Shown piece after piece: positions 12,991 through 25,549 of a DNA stretch of 64,000 nucleotides. The stretch is from Callorhinchus milii (taxonomy: Eukaryota), in NCBI RefSeq assembly GCF_018977255.1, contig NW_024704743.1, positions 31,808,001 through 31,872,000 on the forward strand, written 5' to 3'. The position numbers and the translations under genes are program-made. A model generated the notes under the pieces. That model saw nothing but the letters and a program-made list of their open reading frames with translations, was not told where the DNA came from and did no database searches. Each line of letters begins with the position of its first letter. Within the stretch, counting starts at the first letter, position 1.

Positions 12991-13574
12991 GTAATTTTTT
13001 TTGTATAGTTGCAGCAAATCCTACTATATTTGTACATTTATTATAATTATTTCACAATGTTTAAGTATAATTACTGCAACTCATAGCGACATTATTGTGG
13101 CAATTGTCCACTCCCTCATCAGCAGCAATAAAAAAAATTAACACAAATAAAAAGTGAGAGCTTTTGAGTTTGTGCTGATGGTAAAAAAAGCTAATCGTTT
13201 GCAGCGAGGAGGATCAGGATGGAGCAAAAGAAATTCAAAGTTGTTATTTTGTATTGATAATACTGATACCAGAGAATGTTCAGCTGTTTACGAAGATTAG
13301 ACAAACTACAACTTATTTCTTTAACAACAAACAAAAGGATTAATGGCATCTAATTTGTGGTATCTCTTTAACAAGCTTCTTTTGTAAAGAATCTGAGTTT
13401 TGCAAGTGATGGCAACTGTCAGCAAATCAGAGCTGATTATTAAGCATTATTTAATAATCTACAATACAATTAACATTTATCTAGTGCATTTCACGTGGGA
13501 CGGACGTCTCAAAATATTTTAATGTTAAGATAGAAGACAAAATAGTAATTGTTTACCTCAGCAATTGCAACCTA

Positions 13575-13760
13575 GAGACTTTTGACACTCTTCTTCGATC
13601 GCGCCTTCAGTCACCCTCCTACCCCTATCCTCCCTGACCTCAAACCCTCCTGATCTCAAACCCCAGCTCGGGTCCAAATCCCTGACTGTCCAGCGCCTTG
13701 AGATGTGCTCCCGAAGTGAAAGACGCTCTACAAATGTAATTTATTGTTGTTCTTGTTATG
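13575..13760 (+). mobile_element. L2 3' end
   Basis: ctcttcttcgatcgcgccttcag...ccagcgccttgagatgtgctcccgaagtgaaagacgctctacaaatgtaa. Confidence 0.8.
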
Positions 13761-15274
13761 TATAATACAGTCAAGTGGCCAATGTACCTGTCTTTCCCTT
13801 GATGAAACAGTCACCAGAAACATACAGTACATATATACAGTATTCTGCTTTGTTATGATCAAATCCTTTGGATTCTTTCAAAGAGTATATTGGGTTGCAG
13901 TTTGTTTAAATATTTACGTTAAATGTTTAAAGACCTATGAAAATGTTAACCACAAATTTAGTAACAGCGCAGGCTTATACTGTGTTCCTGTAAAAACACA
14001 CTTGATAAGAGTGGGATTGCTATATAAACAGAATTTTTCCTCTTTCATTTCAACAAGCCTGAATTTCTCTTAGGGACTGGCCTGTCCTAGAAATAAATTT
14101 ACTTCCCCCATTTCCAATGCTATGACCCAAATGGTGAAGAACCATCTAAGAGTGTCATCTATCTGCCAGCGAAATACAGTAAGTTAGAAAATTGTCACTG
14201 TGCTTTACAGGGTTATCAAAGGGAAAAGACATCGTAATGAAAAATTCAACCCTATATTTCAAGGAGTGGGAACCATTAAGGACATTGCAAAGGTGCATTT
14301 TTAATGAGAGCAATTTCTGGCTTCAGCAAGAATTTTTCCAGGCAAATTGAACTTGTGTTTAACAGGATTTGACTGTAATGAAAATCAAACCAACTCCACA
14401 GGGGACTGATTAACCAATCTCTGGGAAAGTGTTAAACATATTGTAGCCTTTGCTTTGCATCATCTAAACTCCCTGGAGACTGATTGGGACATTCGTAGCA
14501 AACAAAGACCCATACTGAAACACTGGCCTAAATTAATTATTCCTGTGCCAAAAAACTATAACCAGGATAAATGAGTCATAAAAGGAATTGAATGCACCCT
14601 TAGGATTATTAAGGGGTTGAGGAGGGTTGGGGAGGGAAATGTGCAGGAGGCTGAAATGAATAGAACGCAGAGAGAAATGAGAGAAGGATGAATGAATCAG
14701 AGGGAGGGAATGATGGGCTGATGTCATTTTTGAAGCAGATACATTGCTCAGGTGTTCAGCTTGTTATGGCTAGAATCTAACTCCTCACTGCTTTTTCCAG
14801 CAATGGCTGTGATGCTCAGCTGTGAATTAACTTCTGTTGCCTCACTGTAGCATTACTGGGACTTTCATAACGTTGTTGCTATGTTGTATTGCTTTGTTTG
14901 TGTGGGAAACAAAGCCAAGAAATTGGTGGGAATATAAATCCCAGATTTACAGGCTCAACATGACGGGAGATTTCAGAACTTGGGATCACAAGATTGGTTT
15001 GCATGAAGACGTCCTTCTGGCCTATCTGTGGACAGCTGGAGGGATATGACTCTTTCACAGTCAGGTTGTCCTTTGTTTTTCAGTGGTTTGAAGCAAACAC
15101 AGAAGGTGATCACTCGAAAAAAGATGGAAGAGTTTTTCTCCTCCCTTGTTTGTAAGGTTGCTGACATGAGTCAGTGCGGTGACTTTCAGGGTAGATTTTC
15201 TGTTATAAGTCACATCACCAAAGGTTGAAAAATGTAATGATATGAGAAGAAATCCCTGTTTTTTTGGTCAGCCG

Positions 15275-15625
15275 GGTGTCTGACACATGTGGAAACCCAT
15301 CACCATGCTTAAGAGTATCCAAACCAAACTGAGATTTCCACGCATCCCACCTACATGTGGAAATCCCAGAAATAGATTGTTGGAATGGAATGCGCACTCT
15401 CTCCTTGTAGGGAAGCATCCTGCTTACTTAATTCCGGAAAGTATTAGGCGCAGGTTGGCAAGACACAACGTTTGTGGACCCAAGAGTGTGTGTTAGGGTA
15501 CTGCTGGAGTCTAACCAGTTAAAACCACATAGCTTGCCATTGACATTGCTGTCCAGCAAACTTTCCCACATCTTGTCCAGCTTGGACTACCCTACCCACC
15601 AGAAGCTGCTTGAAAACCTGAATCA
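15275..15625. repeat. Unclassified interspersed repeat, copy 1 of 4
   Basis: Aligns by eye with 48850-49420, 52268-52800 and 54725-54925, e.g. gtctgacacatgtggaaacc...gcttaagagtatccaaacc...catcctgcttac.taattccgga. Confidence 0.85.
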
Positions 15626-15912
15626 GAACAGTAACAGGCAAATTGTGAGGAGAAAAATTTGTTCCCGACAATTAACGAGTGTTATTAAGATGGTGTCAAT
15701 AACTAACATCACATGACTGGTCCTTGAGTGTAACCTTTCCCCCTCCCCCACGCCCTCCCTGCCCAACTCCATCACAATCGTTGGGACCAAAGCAGATTTG
15801 TCGATTAGCAGCTTTACTTTCAATTGTTTCTCAGAGTGGCTTTGGTCCCAACCATTGTGACAGAGTAATGGGAGGGGGATGGTCACATCCTTTGATGTCT
15901 TTAGTTAAGATC

Positions 15913-15969
15913 GGGGTGAAATTCTGAACAATGGTTAATTAATGTGCCCGGGGTCACTGATTTCACCCC
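15913..15969. repeat. 57-bp element bounded by perfect 10-bp inverted repeats (possible MITE remnant)
   Basis: ggggtgaaat (15913-15922) and atttcacccc (15960-15969). Confidence 0.5.
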
Positions 15970-16069
15970 TGTATCTTTCACTGTTAGCCACGACGGTGCT
16001 TAGCAAATCAAAATAGGAATTCAATATTTATATTTTTTAAAACTGGTGCCACAAAACTATTTTATTTTA

Positions 16070-16142
16070 TAGAAACATGAGTAAGCCGTTCAGCCCCTTG
16101 AGCCCATTCCGCCATTCTATAAGATCATGGCTGATCTCATCT
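16070..16142 (-). mobile_element. CR1 3' tail
   Basis: gccgttcagccccttgagcccattccgccattctataagatcatggctgatct is typical of a shark CR1 3' terminus in reverse. Confidence 0.7.
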
Positions 16143-16804
16143 TATAAGATATTATAATGCCTCCAGCTGAAATATCTAAAGCTGTTTAAGGTGCATTATA
16201 AACTGATTTGTTTACAGAGAAAACAGAAAAAAGTGGCCAGCCAGAGGTCAAGCACTGAGTTGTGAAATGGTTTGTTTGCATTTTATAGCTGTTGAGAGAT
16301 TAATGTCTGCTTCATTGCTTCTGTGTCTAGATCAAGTAGGAAATAATGGGGCTGATTGGGAGCCACAGCTGATTTGCTTTGTCTGAAGTTGAACTGATCG
16401 CAGTGCTGTGGAGGAAAACGCATGACTAGCACCAAGGATCTGACCCAACTATGACTTCAGCGTGATGAGATTTGTCAGGATCTGGCAATCAAACTCGCAC
16501 ACAGTACAGTCTGGTCATCTGGTGGCACAGAACAAGATAGAAAGTGCAAGTAGGTGAGAAACTGCACTGTCAGCTCTTTAGAGGGCACAGACATACATGC
16601 TAGGGTGAAGATTATGTTGCTCCATTGTGGATTCTAAGCGTGCAAACAGCAAGGTTATTTTAAAGTCAGAAAGTCAAGACACTGCATTACAGAAACGATT
16701 TAGAGCTGCATAAAAGTATTGAATGAATACTGTGTCTGAAACTGTGTTCAACATCTCTTTGCTCCTTGCACAACGCACCTTTATCTTATAGTGACTATAC
16801 TACA

Positions 16805-17200
16805 AACACAAATTTACATCTGTACATTGCCTCTCACATCAGGAGGATGTCCCAAAGAGCTTAATATTACTGGCTGGACACGAAAGCTGAGGTAGAAGCC
16901 AAGGTGGGGAAGAGAGAGGAAAGGTGATCGAAAGTGTGGTCAAAGAGATAAATCATGAGATGGAACTTGAATGAGGTGAGGAAGGGAACAAATCAGACGG
17001 ACTCTGGGATGGAGTTCCAGAGAGTGTGGGCAGATCGGTTGAAAGTCCATCTGCTGATGTGGGGCAGAGAGGGCTGGACATGAAGCAGGCCAATGTCTGG
17101 GTTGGTCAGGATTTGAACAAGTTGCAGAGGTAGGGTGGGGTGAGACTGTAGAGGAAATTAAAGGTGAGAATGAAGATCTTGAACTCAGTCTACTGAATGC
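16805..17200 (-). mobile_element. Old L2 3' region
   Basis: tcacatcaggaggatgtcccaaagagc tail; gggatggagttccagagagtgtggg (WNSIP region). Confidence 0.75.
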
Positions 17201-17209
17201 AAGATTCAA

Positions 17210-17600
17210 TGTCCTGTTAGGTATTGGCCAGAGCAATCGTCTCACAAGCAAGAGGACCCAGGTTCGATTCCCGGTAGGGCAAAACCTTAGGTAAGTTTCC
17301 TTACTCCACATGTCTCTGTTTACCTAGCAGTAAGTAGGAACATGGTTATTAGGCGATTAGCGGGTCACTTTTCCGGGGATAATAATCCCTTAAAAAATAT
17401 TACTAATAATTTGGTCACTCAATCCACGACTGTTTGTGGGACAACCCTATGCACAATTAGCTGCTCCATTTCGCCCACAAAATAAGCAGTCAATTCAAGT
17501 TACAGTATATTCTGTGAAGCACTTTTGAGACGTCTCAACAACGTGATAAGGCGCTATATCAAATGCGAGGATTATTATATTATTATATTATTATGTATTA
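17210..17600 (+). mobile_element. Full-length tRNA-derived SINE, long form (SINE2-1_CM-like)
   Basis: B box ggttcgattccc, central ccttaggtaagtttccttactccacatgtctctgtttacctagcagtaag, body and (att)n tail. Confidence 0.9.
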
Positions 17601-18239
17601 TAATGCTGGAAATGCTGAATTATGCACTTTGTTTATCAATGGTGCTGAGCTCCTAAGTAGTTGCTGTTGTTCTATGGCTGCGGTCAATATCTTTGATCTC
17701 CACTGCAAAATGAAAATGTTGAAGGAACAAATTGCCACCAACACAAGAGGATCTTTTTGGCAGGCACACACGTGTTAAATTCTGCAAATGTTTAGTAGAA
17801 ACACTGCCATGTGTAATTTCAAAGCTGAGTGAATATTTCTTATCAACAGAATAAATCTTTCATCATCTTTTGGATTTGTTGAACTCAAAGGTTTGCATTC
17901 AGTGACGGTAGGAAAATATAAAATATCTACCTGTAAAATGACTGAGCTCAACTCTTTCCTAAAATTTTACTGTCAGCAAATAGGGTTAAGCTGGTGAAAA
18001 ATGGTATTGTTTCTGGATCTCCACACAATCCTATGAAAGGAAAAAGGAAATGTAATGCTGCTTTAAACGGGTTGTCCGCTAGGGAATGATTCCACACCTA
18101 CCAGAAGCCCTCAAATGAGCACTGTATAAGTTCACCTGCAAAATACACAGTCATTACACTTTGTAGTAAACCATGTGTAGGATTTGAGACATTTTCCCAA
18201 TGTGAAAGGTGCTTTACCAAATGCAAAAATTATTAAATG

Positions 18240-18430
18240 ATGATTTCTCGTGTTTGAATCCTGGAGGTGGGAGGCACCACAGTTGAGCCTGGGAATATTT
18301 TCTCCCCAGTGCTCACATCTGCACACTTTCCAGCAAGAGTCTCCAGACAGAAATTTGGGAGTATGAGATCCTGGCTCATTTCCCACTCCCTAACCCAAGA
18401 GTGTTGAGGCCAATTCAACTGCCCCAGCAT
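18240..18430 (-). mobile_element. AmnSINE2-like ancient SINE fragment
   Basis: gcacactttccagca...cctggctcatttcccactccctaacccaagagtgttgaggccaatt; homologous to 47100-47300. Family name is from memory. Confidence 0.55.
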
Positions 18431-18719
18431 CTTCCTTGATAACATTGGCAAATTCAGCACAGTTACAATCAAATGCTTCAAATATTTAACAATCATTTTG
18501 TGAAATCTGTAATTTTATAATACTTAATAAATCTGACTTGTTCTTGGCTAGATTTAATAGCAATATGTGAATGCCATTTCTTGGAGGGATTATTGGGTGT
18601 TCACTATAACTGGTGCTGATAATTAAGGCAACAATATTGGAGGAGGGTGTAAATTGTACTGTGTGATGTGAGAATAATAGGGTAATGTCACGACATAGTC
18701 AAGGCTGATCCTTCAACAC

Positions 18720-19125
18720 AATTGCTGCGGAGCACAGTATTGTTAGAGGGGCTGTCCTTTGGCTGAAACAGTAAACCAAAGCCTTGCATGCCTGTTCAGT
18801 GAAATGTTAAACATCCCTCGGCACTATTCAAAAAAAAGAAGGGAGTATCTCCCAGTGTCCTGGCCAACAATCTCCCAAGTAAAACTGGACATTCATTTCC
18901 TAGTTGTTTATGGGACATTGCAAATAGTCTGCCACATATGCCCACAAAACACACAGTCACTACACTTCCCAGTAAATCCTGTGAAGAGCTTTGCGATGCT
19001 TTACAGATGTGAAACAACAACAAGATTACATTTGTATAGCATCTTTCACGTCAGGAGGATGTCCCAAGGCGTTGAAAGGCATGAAAGGCGCTATATGAAA
19101 TGGAAGGATTATTATTAATCCTTAT
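18720..19125 (+). mobile_element. DeuSINE with a nested L2 tail fragment near its 3' end
   Basis: Deu domain gtcctttggctgaaacagtaaacc...ggcactattcaaaa...cccagtgtcctggccaacaa; an opposite-strand L2 tail sits at about 19013-19072. Confidence 0.75.
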
Positions 19126-20701
19126 TATTAATTCTTATCATACGCTACATTTTCCCTACAATTACAGTGAGACATTTGCTTCTTGATGGTGTAAATGGCT
19201 GATTAAAGCAATACAACATTTGACAATAATTATTTGTGAAGTACTGTGTGACTTTTCAATATAGTAATGTACTATAAAAATGCAAGTCCTTTCTTACTAA
19301 TACGTTTATCATTGCTGATACAGGAGATAAAAGAGAACTAAATCCTGAATATAAATCTAGAACAACGCCCCCACCCCCGCCTCGAGACTGTGATGTGGAT
19401 ATTCAGCCAACTGTGGATGAGGTGCTGAACCTTAGCCAGTAATACTTGGAAACCTAACGAAGTCTAAAAGATGAAGCATGTCTTTGGTAGAGAGGGTTTA
19501 CAGCTGTTGGGCTTTCTTTCTGGGAAAAGTCATAACCTGAAGTAATTGCAATGAATGTTTTCAATTTAGATGAACATGTGTGTTCAAAGGGGGTGGGGTA
19601 GAAATTGGCTTAAACTAGCAATGCAATGGAGCAATAAGGAAAGGAGGAAAGAGGGGTCCCAGCCCCATCCCCATTATTACTACCTTGCCATCTAATGTAT
19701 TGCACGGCATTTGGAGGATGTAAAAATACCACTACGGTTTCACCTGAAACTCAGGCCATAACAATTGCACAGCTTTGGAGATATGGGACAATGTAGCTGT
19801 AGCCAGCTGTAACCATGGAAGACACGCCTGAAACACAATATTATAATTACTTGGTGTGAATGGTCTGAATCTGTAGGAAGTAACCTACGTACTACAATGC
19901 TGACTGCCATGCCAGACAGACAGGGCACCATGCAGACTGGTATGACAAATCTGTAAAGTGTGGATTATGTCACTAGCCTGTATGATATCTGGCACACGAG
20001 GATATTAGAAATCTGGGATGCTAACTTCAGTAGCATGACCAACATTTGGGATAACATCCAGACTTGAGCTCTCACAGATGGATGGAAAGCACCAATACTG
20101 TTGTGCAACAAGGTTTGGGACAAATCACTGAGGGGCGTGGTTAAGAGGTCAGCCTGCTTGCAGAGACTATCATAAACCCCAAACCCTTTTCCACTAGGTC
20201 TGGACCAAAACCAGCAAAGCTCTCTCCTGAGATGCCAGCAGGCAGCAGCTAGTGGCTCTGTGCCCCAAACATCAGAAACATCTTATGTGCACCCTGAGGA
20301 GCTTCCTGGCTCGAATCCCTCCCACCCATTGGTGCAGTTCATGCCCTGATTGTGGCAGAGCTGCCGAATTCATGTTCTAAATTATTCACCACATATATTT
20401 TCTTTAATCAAAAACATGATCCAAAACCGTTGTTCAAGTTGGTTTGTGTTCTAAATTGCTTGCTGCAATCCCCTTACTAATATATAATTTTATTCTCAAG
20501 AGTGATGCCAGATTGTGAAGTTTTTCAAGGATAAAAAANCCTTAGGAGTTCTTTTGCAGTCGAAAGGCAGCATATTATAGCTGCAATAGTAAGCGCTGGA
20601 TTGTAAGTGATGACTTTATTGCTAGTCCGTGCTGCATGGCCACAGGAAAAATTGTGCTAAATGTTGGGGAATTTTTGGACAATAAACATAGATTAACATG
20701 T

Positions 20702-20860
20702 TAATAATAATAATAATCCTTGCATTTGATATAGTGCCTTTTCAAGTTGTTGAGACGTCTCACAGCGCTTCACAGAATACACTGTAAAATGGATTGACTG
20801 TACACTTTGTGGGCGAAACATGGTAACCAATTGTGCACAGCAGTGTCCCACAAAAGTCGT
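20702..20860 (-). mobile_element. tRNA-SINE 3' portion
   Basis: (aat)n ccttgcatttgatatagtgcc...ccaattgtgcacagcagtgtcccacaaa. Confidence 0.9.
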
Positions 20861-21429
20861 GTTTCTATGCTATATCATTCTACAATTATACCTTTTGCTT
20901 CTCTCCTCCCCAAAATTGATGCCCTTCAGTTGGGCAAGAGGATACCTTGGTCGCCAGCTCTGCCAATCATGGCCTGCTTTATGCACTCCGCCATACCAGT
21001 GCAGAACACTAGTGTCTTGATCGATTCTCAGCTGCCACATTTAACGCCACATTCTTGTTCTGTCCAATTCAGCTTTCCCCTACTCCTTTCAAAACAACTG
21101 TCATCATTTTCCACTTCCAGTGCTGAAGCCAGTGGGGGAATCAGGTGGGGCTTATGACCTCCCCCCCACCACCCAATCACTCGGAGGTCGGCCAATTTGG
21201 TATGTCAGTCTCTCAAAACTGACTGCAAATAATATACTCACTTTTAAATTTCAGATCACAACCGTGTTGCCATTTTGAATCTAATGTAAATGGCAATATG
21301 TCATTGGAGGACATTGTTGTGGCTGTGCTGTGCGCATTAGCTCTCTGCTCCGTCTCAATTACAGCCCCTCATCCTGCCCCCCTGATCCTGATTGACGACC
21401 CAGACTGCGAATCAAGGGCCAGCCATTGT

Positions 21430-21542
21430 CCACCACCATTCCTGACCCCAACCCCCAGCTCAGGTCCAAATCACTGACTGTCTAGCGCCTTGGGATGTCC
21501 TCCTGACATGAAAAGGGTTTTATACCAATGTAATTTGTTGTT
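21430..21542 (+). mobile_element. L2 3' tail
   Basis: ccagctcaggtccaaatcactgactgtctagcgccttgggatgtcctcctgacatgaaa. Confidence 0.75.
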
Positions 21543-21544
21543 CC

Positions 21545-22940
21545 CTAATTACCATCCCTCAACAACCTGCCTTTCTTGTTGAAGGTACTGGAATAAGTTG
21601 TTGCTTCTCAGCTTTGCTCTTTCCTTTCCCTGTCTCCCTGCATGAATCCCTTCAATCCAGTTTTTCCGTCCTGGCCACAGCATCAAGAATGCCACCCTCG
21701 ACAATGTTGATCACGGTATCCTTCTCCAATGTGTTTCATCTCAGCTTCATATTCACGGTTCTGTCTTTTCTTGGTTTCACTCTTACACAACAACAAATTA
21801 CATTTGTATAGCACCCTTCCCATCAGGAGCCCGTCCCAAAGCGCTGGACACTCAGGGATTTTAACCCGAGCAGGGGATTGGGATCAGGAGGGGTGAAGGG
21901 CAGGCAGGGTAGGGGTAGGAGGGTGGCCTAAGGCACAGTTGAAGAGGAGGGTCTTGAGACGTACCTTGAAGGATTCAAGAGAGGGAGCGAGGTGAAGGAA
22001 CTGTGGGATGGAGTTCCAAATGGTTGGGGCAGAGAGGCTGATATGGCATGAGCAGGTCATAGAGGTAGGAAGTAACAAGGCCATAGAGGCATGTAGGAGA
22101 AAGCTATCAGATAGCTATGTCGCCACTTTGTCTCTTTGAATGGCTTCTCCTTCTGCCCCATACCATCACAGGTGGCGTTCCTCAAGGTTCGATTTTAGTC
22201 CTCTCCTTTTTAATATTTAGATGCTCCCATTTGGCAATGTCATCCACAGACACGGGGGTTAACTTCCGCATATATGTGGATAACACCCTACTCTATCTCT
22301 CTGCTTTCACCCTCGATTCCAGGACCACTGCTGTTCTGATGGAGAGCCAGTGCAGAACATTAGTGTCTTGCTTGACTCTCAACTACCCCTTAACCCCCAC
22401 ATTCTTGTTCTGACCAACTCAGCTTTCCCCCACCTGCCTCTACCGCTACCTCTACCCTCAGGCAGCCGAGACCCTAATCCAAGCATTCATCATGTCCAGG
22501 TTAGATAAAGTCAACTCTGCTCACCGGACTACGCACTCTACCCTTCACAATTTGCAAACTATCCAGAACTCTGCAGCTCGTGCCCTCTCCTGCACCAGGC
22601 TTCGCAACCCGATCTCCCCTATTCTTGCCCGGGTCCACTGGCTCCCCATCCCTTATAAAATTGAGATCCCGATCCTCATTCTCACTTTTAAATCCCTCCA
22701 TAGTCTTGCCAACCCCACACTGTGACCTCCTCAAACCTTACCAACTGCCCGCTCTAATCTGCTCAGCAGGCACTGGCCTGCTTCACGTTCCCCCACCTGC
22801 ACCACCGTTGTGGATTGGGCTTTCAGCCCATCTGCCCGCCCCCCACCTCCCAGCTCAAGTACAAATCACGGTCTGTCCAGTGCCTTGGAACATCCTCCTG
22901 ACATGAGAGGCACTATATAAATGTAACTTTGCATTGTATT
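21545..22940 (+). mobile_element. Old L2 RT-to-3' end, interrupted at about 21787-22095 by an opposite-strand L2 fragment
   Basis: Motifs DNVDHGILL, TGGVPQGSIL, IYVDNTLLYL, LQTIQNSAARAL and VHWLPIPYKIE occur in order across the interruption. Confidence 0.88.
21787..22095 (-). mobile_element. L2 3' end nested in an older L2
   Basis: (caa)n tail; minus ORF SAPTIWNSIPQFLHLAPSLESFKVRLKTLLF. Confidence 0.85.
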
Positions 22941-24090
22941 GTGAAAACCATCTGAAGATCTATCACTTAGACTGTGCCTTCAGCCATTTCCCCCTACTCT
23001 CACCCCTTCTAACTTGCCCTCTGATTATGTCTTTGTAAAGTATTCTAGTTTGAGAAGTTTCCCCTATGAGAAAGGTGCTATGTAACTACAAATTGTTGTT
23101 GCTGTAAAAGACCTAACTTTATCACCTCAATCCCATAGTTTACTGGCTTCTTAGCTAAATCATACAATTTCTCCTTGAGCATGTCCATCACAATGTCACA
23201 CTGACTGGAAATGCACCAAGGTAACTATCTGACTCTCTCACAAAAGCACATTCACAACCTGCCCAGACAATATCAAAGATGTGTTGTATAGCCGAGGAAA
23301 TAGACTTGATCATTCATCAACATGGAGCTGGGAAGAGTTTCCAAGATTAAAGAGATGAATGAATAGCTGTTTTTGAGGCCATAGTAGCTGAAGATCTCTA
23401 GTTAATCCTGAACTATTTCATGTTTCAGACATTCGGAATATGAAAGACTGACCCAAAATGAAGTAGTCGGGCAGAGTGACAAGATAATTGCCCTTCGTAT
23501 ATGTGATTATGTGATTTACATCAAACCGTGCTCATATACTCGTAGAATTCAATTTATTACAATTCAGATATACAAAGAGGTCTGTAGATTGCTGCACAAA
23601 GTTGTACAGCTGTGCAGACAGCTAAACTATTGTTGAATTTCCATTTACTGCTGTTTAATCTTATGGAATTTGTGTAAGGATGTGACCTCTGGAATAGGCA
23701 TCTGTTGGTTTCATATGTAATACAGAATAGTCCACTAAAAGCAAAATATGTTGTCACTTTCAATAGCCAACAGTAAAGTAACAGTCATTACAGATTGGTG
23801 GGTTTCTCAGTCATACGGGTCAGTACAAGGCTGTAAGCTGAATTAATTTTCTTTCTTCGCATTTCTATTACTGAATGTAATATTTTAAGTCGCCCTCAAT
23901 TCAACAGTGAACAAGATGACTTGAAAGATATTTTGCAAGAGCTGCTGCTATGTTACAAAGTGTTGCTTAGTTCATTCAAAAAAAGAACAGTGACAGATAG
24001 AACACAGTCTTGAATATTTTTGTACATTTCTTCATTAAACTGCCACTGGCTTGCCAACAATTTCTGTTCTCGCATTATTGTAAAACACAG

Positions 24091-24102
24091 GAAATATGAC
24101 TG
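24091..24102 (+). other. Candidate 12-nt microexon (GAAATATGACTG)
   Basis: Flanked by ...aaaacacAG and a perfect GTAAGT; length is a multiple of 3; no homology known to me. Confidence 0.2.
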
Positions 24103-24138
24103 GTAAGTGACCTCTTTCTTGACTTCTTCTTTGCTTAC

Positions 24139-24184
24139 CATGATTATGTCCCCAGAGACAGTGCAGTAGTGCTAGTGGTAAAAA
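24139..24184 (-). CDS. Candidate 46-nt coding exon encoding a signal-peptide-like segment FLPLALLHCLWGHNH
   Basis: Minus strand reads ccttgcctcacattctgtatttcCAG | exon | GTAAGC. Only one frame is open; it is hydrophobic and ends in phase 1. Gene not identified. Confidence 0.35.
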
Positions 24185-25052
24185 CTGGAAATACAGAATG
24201 TGAGGCAAGGATGTTTAATGGCCCTTTATACGTCAGTTTCTGTCTCTTTCTTACATCAATGGATAGATAGTGTTAAACCTTATCGAAAGTCATCCTAAAC
24301 CTTTTGACTTCGGAAGAATTATTCATTTTAAGGCATTTAAATACATTGTGATCTGTAGCATCAACTAAATTATTCCCGTAGATATTGTTCGACATTTCAA
24401 TCTCGCAATATCAAGTACCCTTTCTACTAGACTAGTTATCAAGTAGATACACAAAGCTGCAAATAGTCTCCATCCCCCTAGTTAAAATGACCAACAAACA
24501 GTTGTATGTACCTGCCAAAAAGCAATACTTGTATCTCAGCTAGACAAGTCCACCAGAAAATACTTTAAAAGTAAATTTGAGATTGTATATCTGTGCCATC
24601 AATACTGGACTCTGTGCAACAGAAAAGGTGTAGACGTTGTGTATGTGGCCTTGAATTGGATAAGTAAAACATTATTACAAACCACATACAACCAAAGAAT
24701 ACCCCTTAATGTTAAAATAAAATAATCCTTCCATAGCACCTATAACATCAACCATTTCAAAACGCTTCAAAGGTAATTGTTCTAAAATGTTATGACTGAA
24801 TTTGTAGATGAACGTGGCAGCCAACTTGAGCACAGCAAGGTCCCACCAGACAGCTGTTAAGTAAATGCCAATTTATCTGGAGGATTATTGTCTGGGCCTC
24901 TGGAGAAACTCCCAAGAAGGTTGCTTGAGACCTGGACACTAGACTCATTTAAAAAAAAAGGGTTTGATGCTTTGTTGAGAAGACAGTAAGGTCAGTGTTC
25001 TGAAAACGTAAGATCAAATGTGCCAAAGGGCTTCTTCATGTGAATCCCTCTT

Positions 25053-25487
25053 AACAATAATAATCCAACATTTGATATAGCGCCTTTCACATTGGGAGGA
25101 TGTTTCAAAGCACTCATACAATATATTGTAATGTGTAGTGTTTTTTTTTGTAGGCGAACATGGCAAGTAATTTGCACACAGCAATATCCCACAAGCAGAC
25201 ATAAAGTGAATGACCAATTTTATTTGGGAGATTATTGGCCAGGACACTGAGAAAAACTCCTTTCTCTTTTCAAGTAGTGCCACAGGATCTTTAACATCCC
25301 CCTGACAGGTGGATAGGGCTTTAGCTTAACGTCTCATCTAAAGGACAGTACCTCCAACAATGCAGAACACCTCCAAAACGGCACAGAAGTGTCAGCTTAG
25401 ACCATGAGTTCCAAGTCCTGGGCTTGAATCCACACCCTTTTGATTCATAGGCAAGTGAGTGTTCTATCAACTGAGATAGACTGACAC
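25053..25487 (-). mobile_element. Full-length DeuSINE (SacSINE1-like)
   Basis: Tail, Deu domain (ggccaggacactgagaaaaactcc...agtagtgccacaggatctttaacatcc...aacgtctcatctaaaggacag) and tRNA-like head. Confidence 0.88.
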
Positions 25488-25549
25488 ATCTGATACTCGC
25501 TTGTGATGCTACTCTTCCCAAATAGCAAGTCAAAGTGAATAACCGACGA

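Noticed and set aside
20539..20539. Single N base
   Set aside because: Assembly ambiguity with no biological signal
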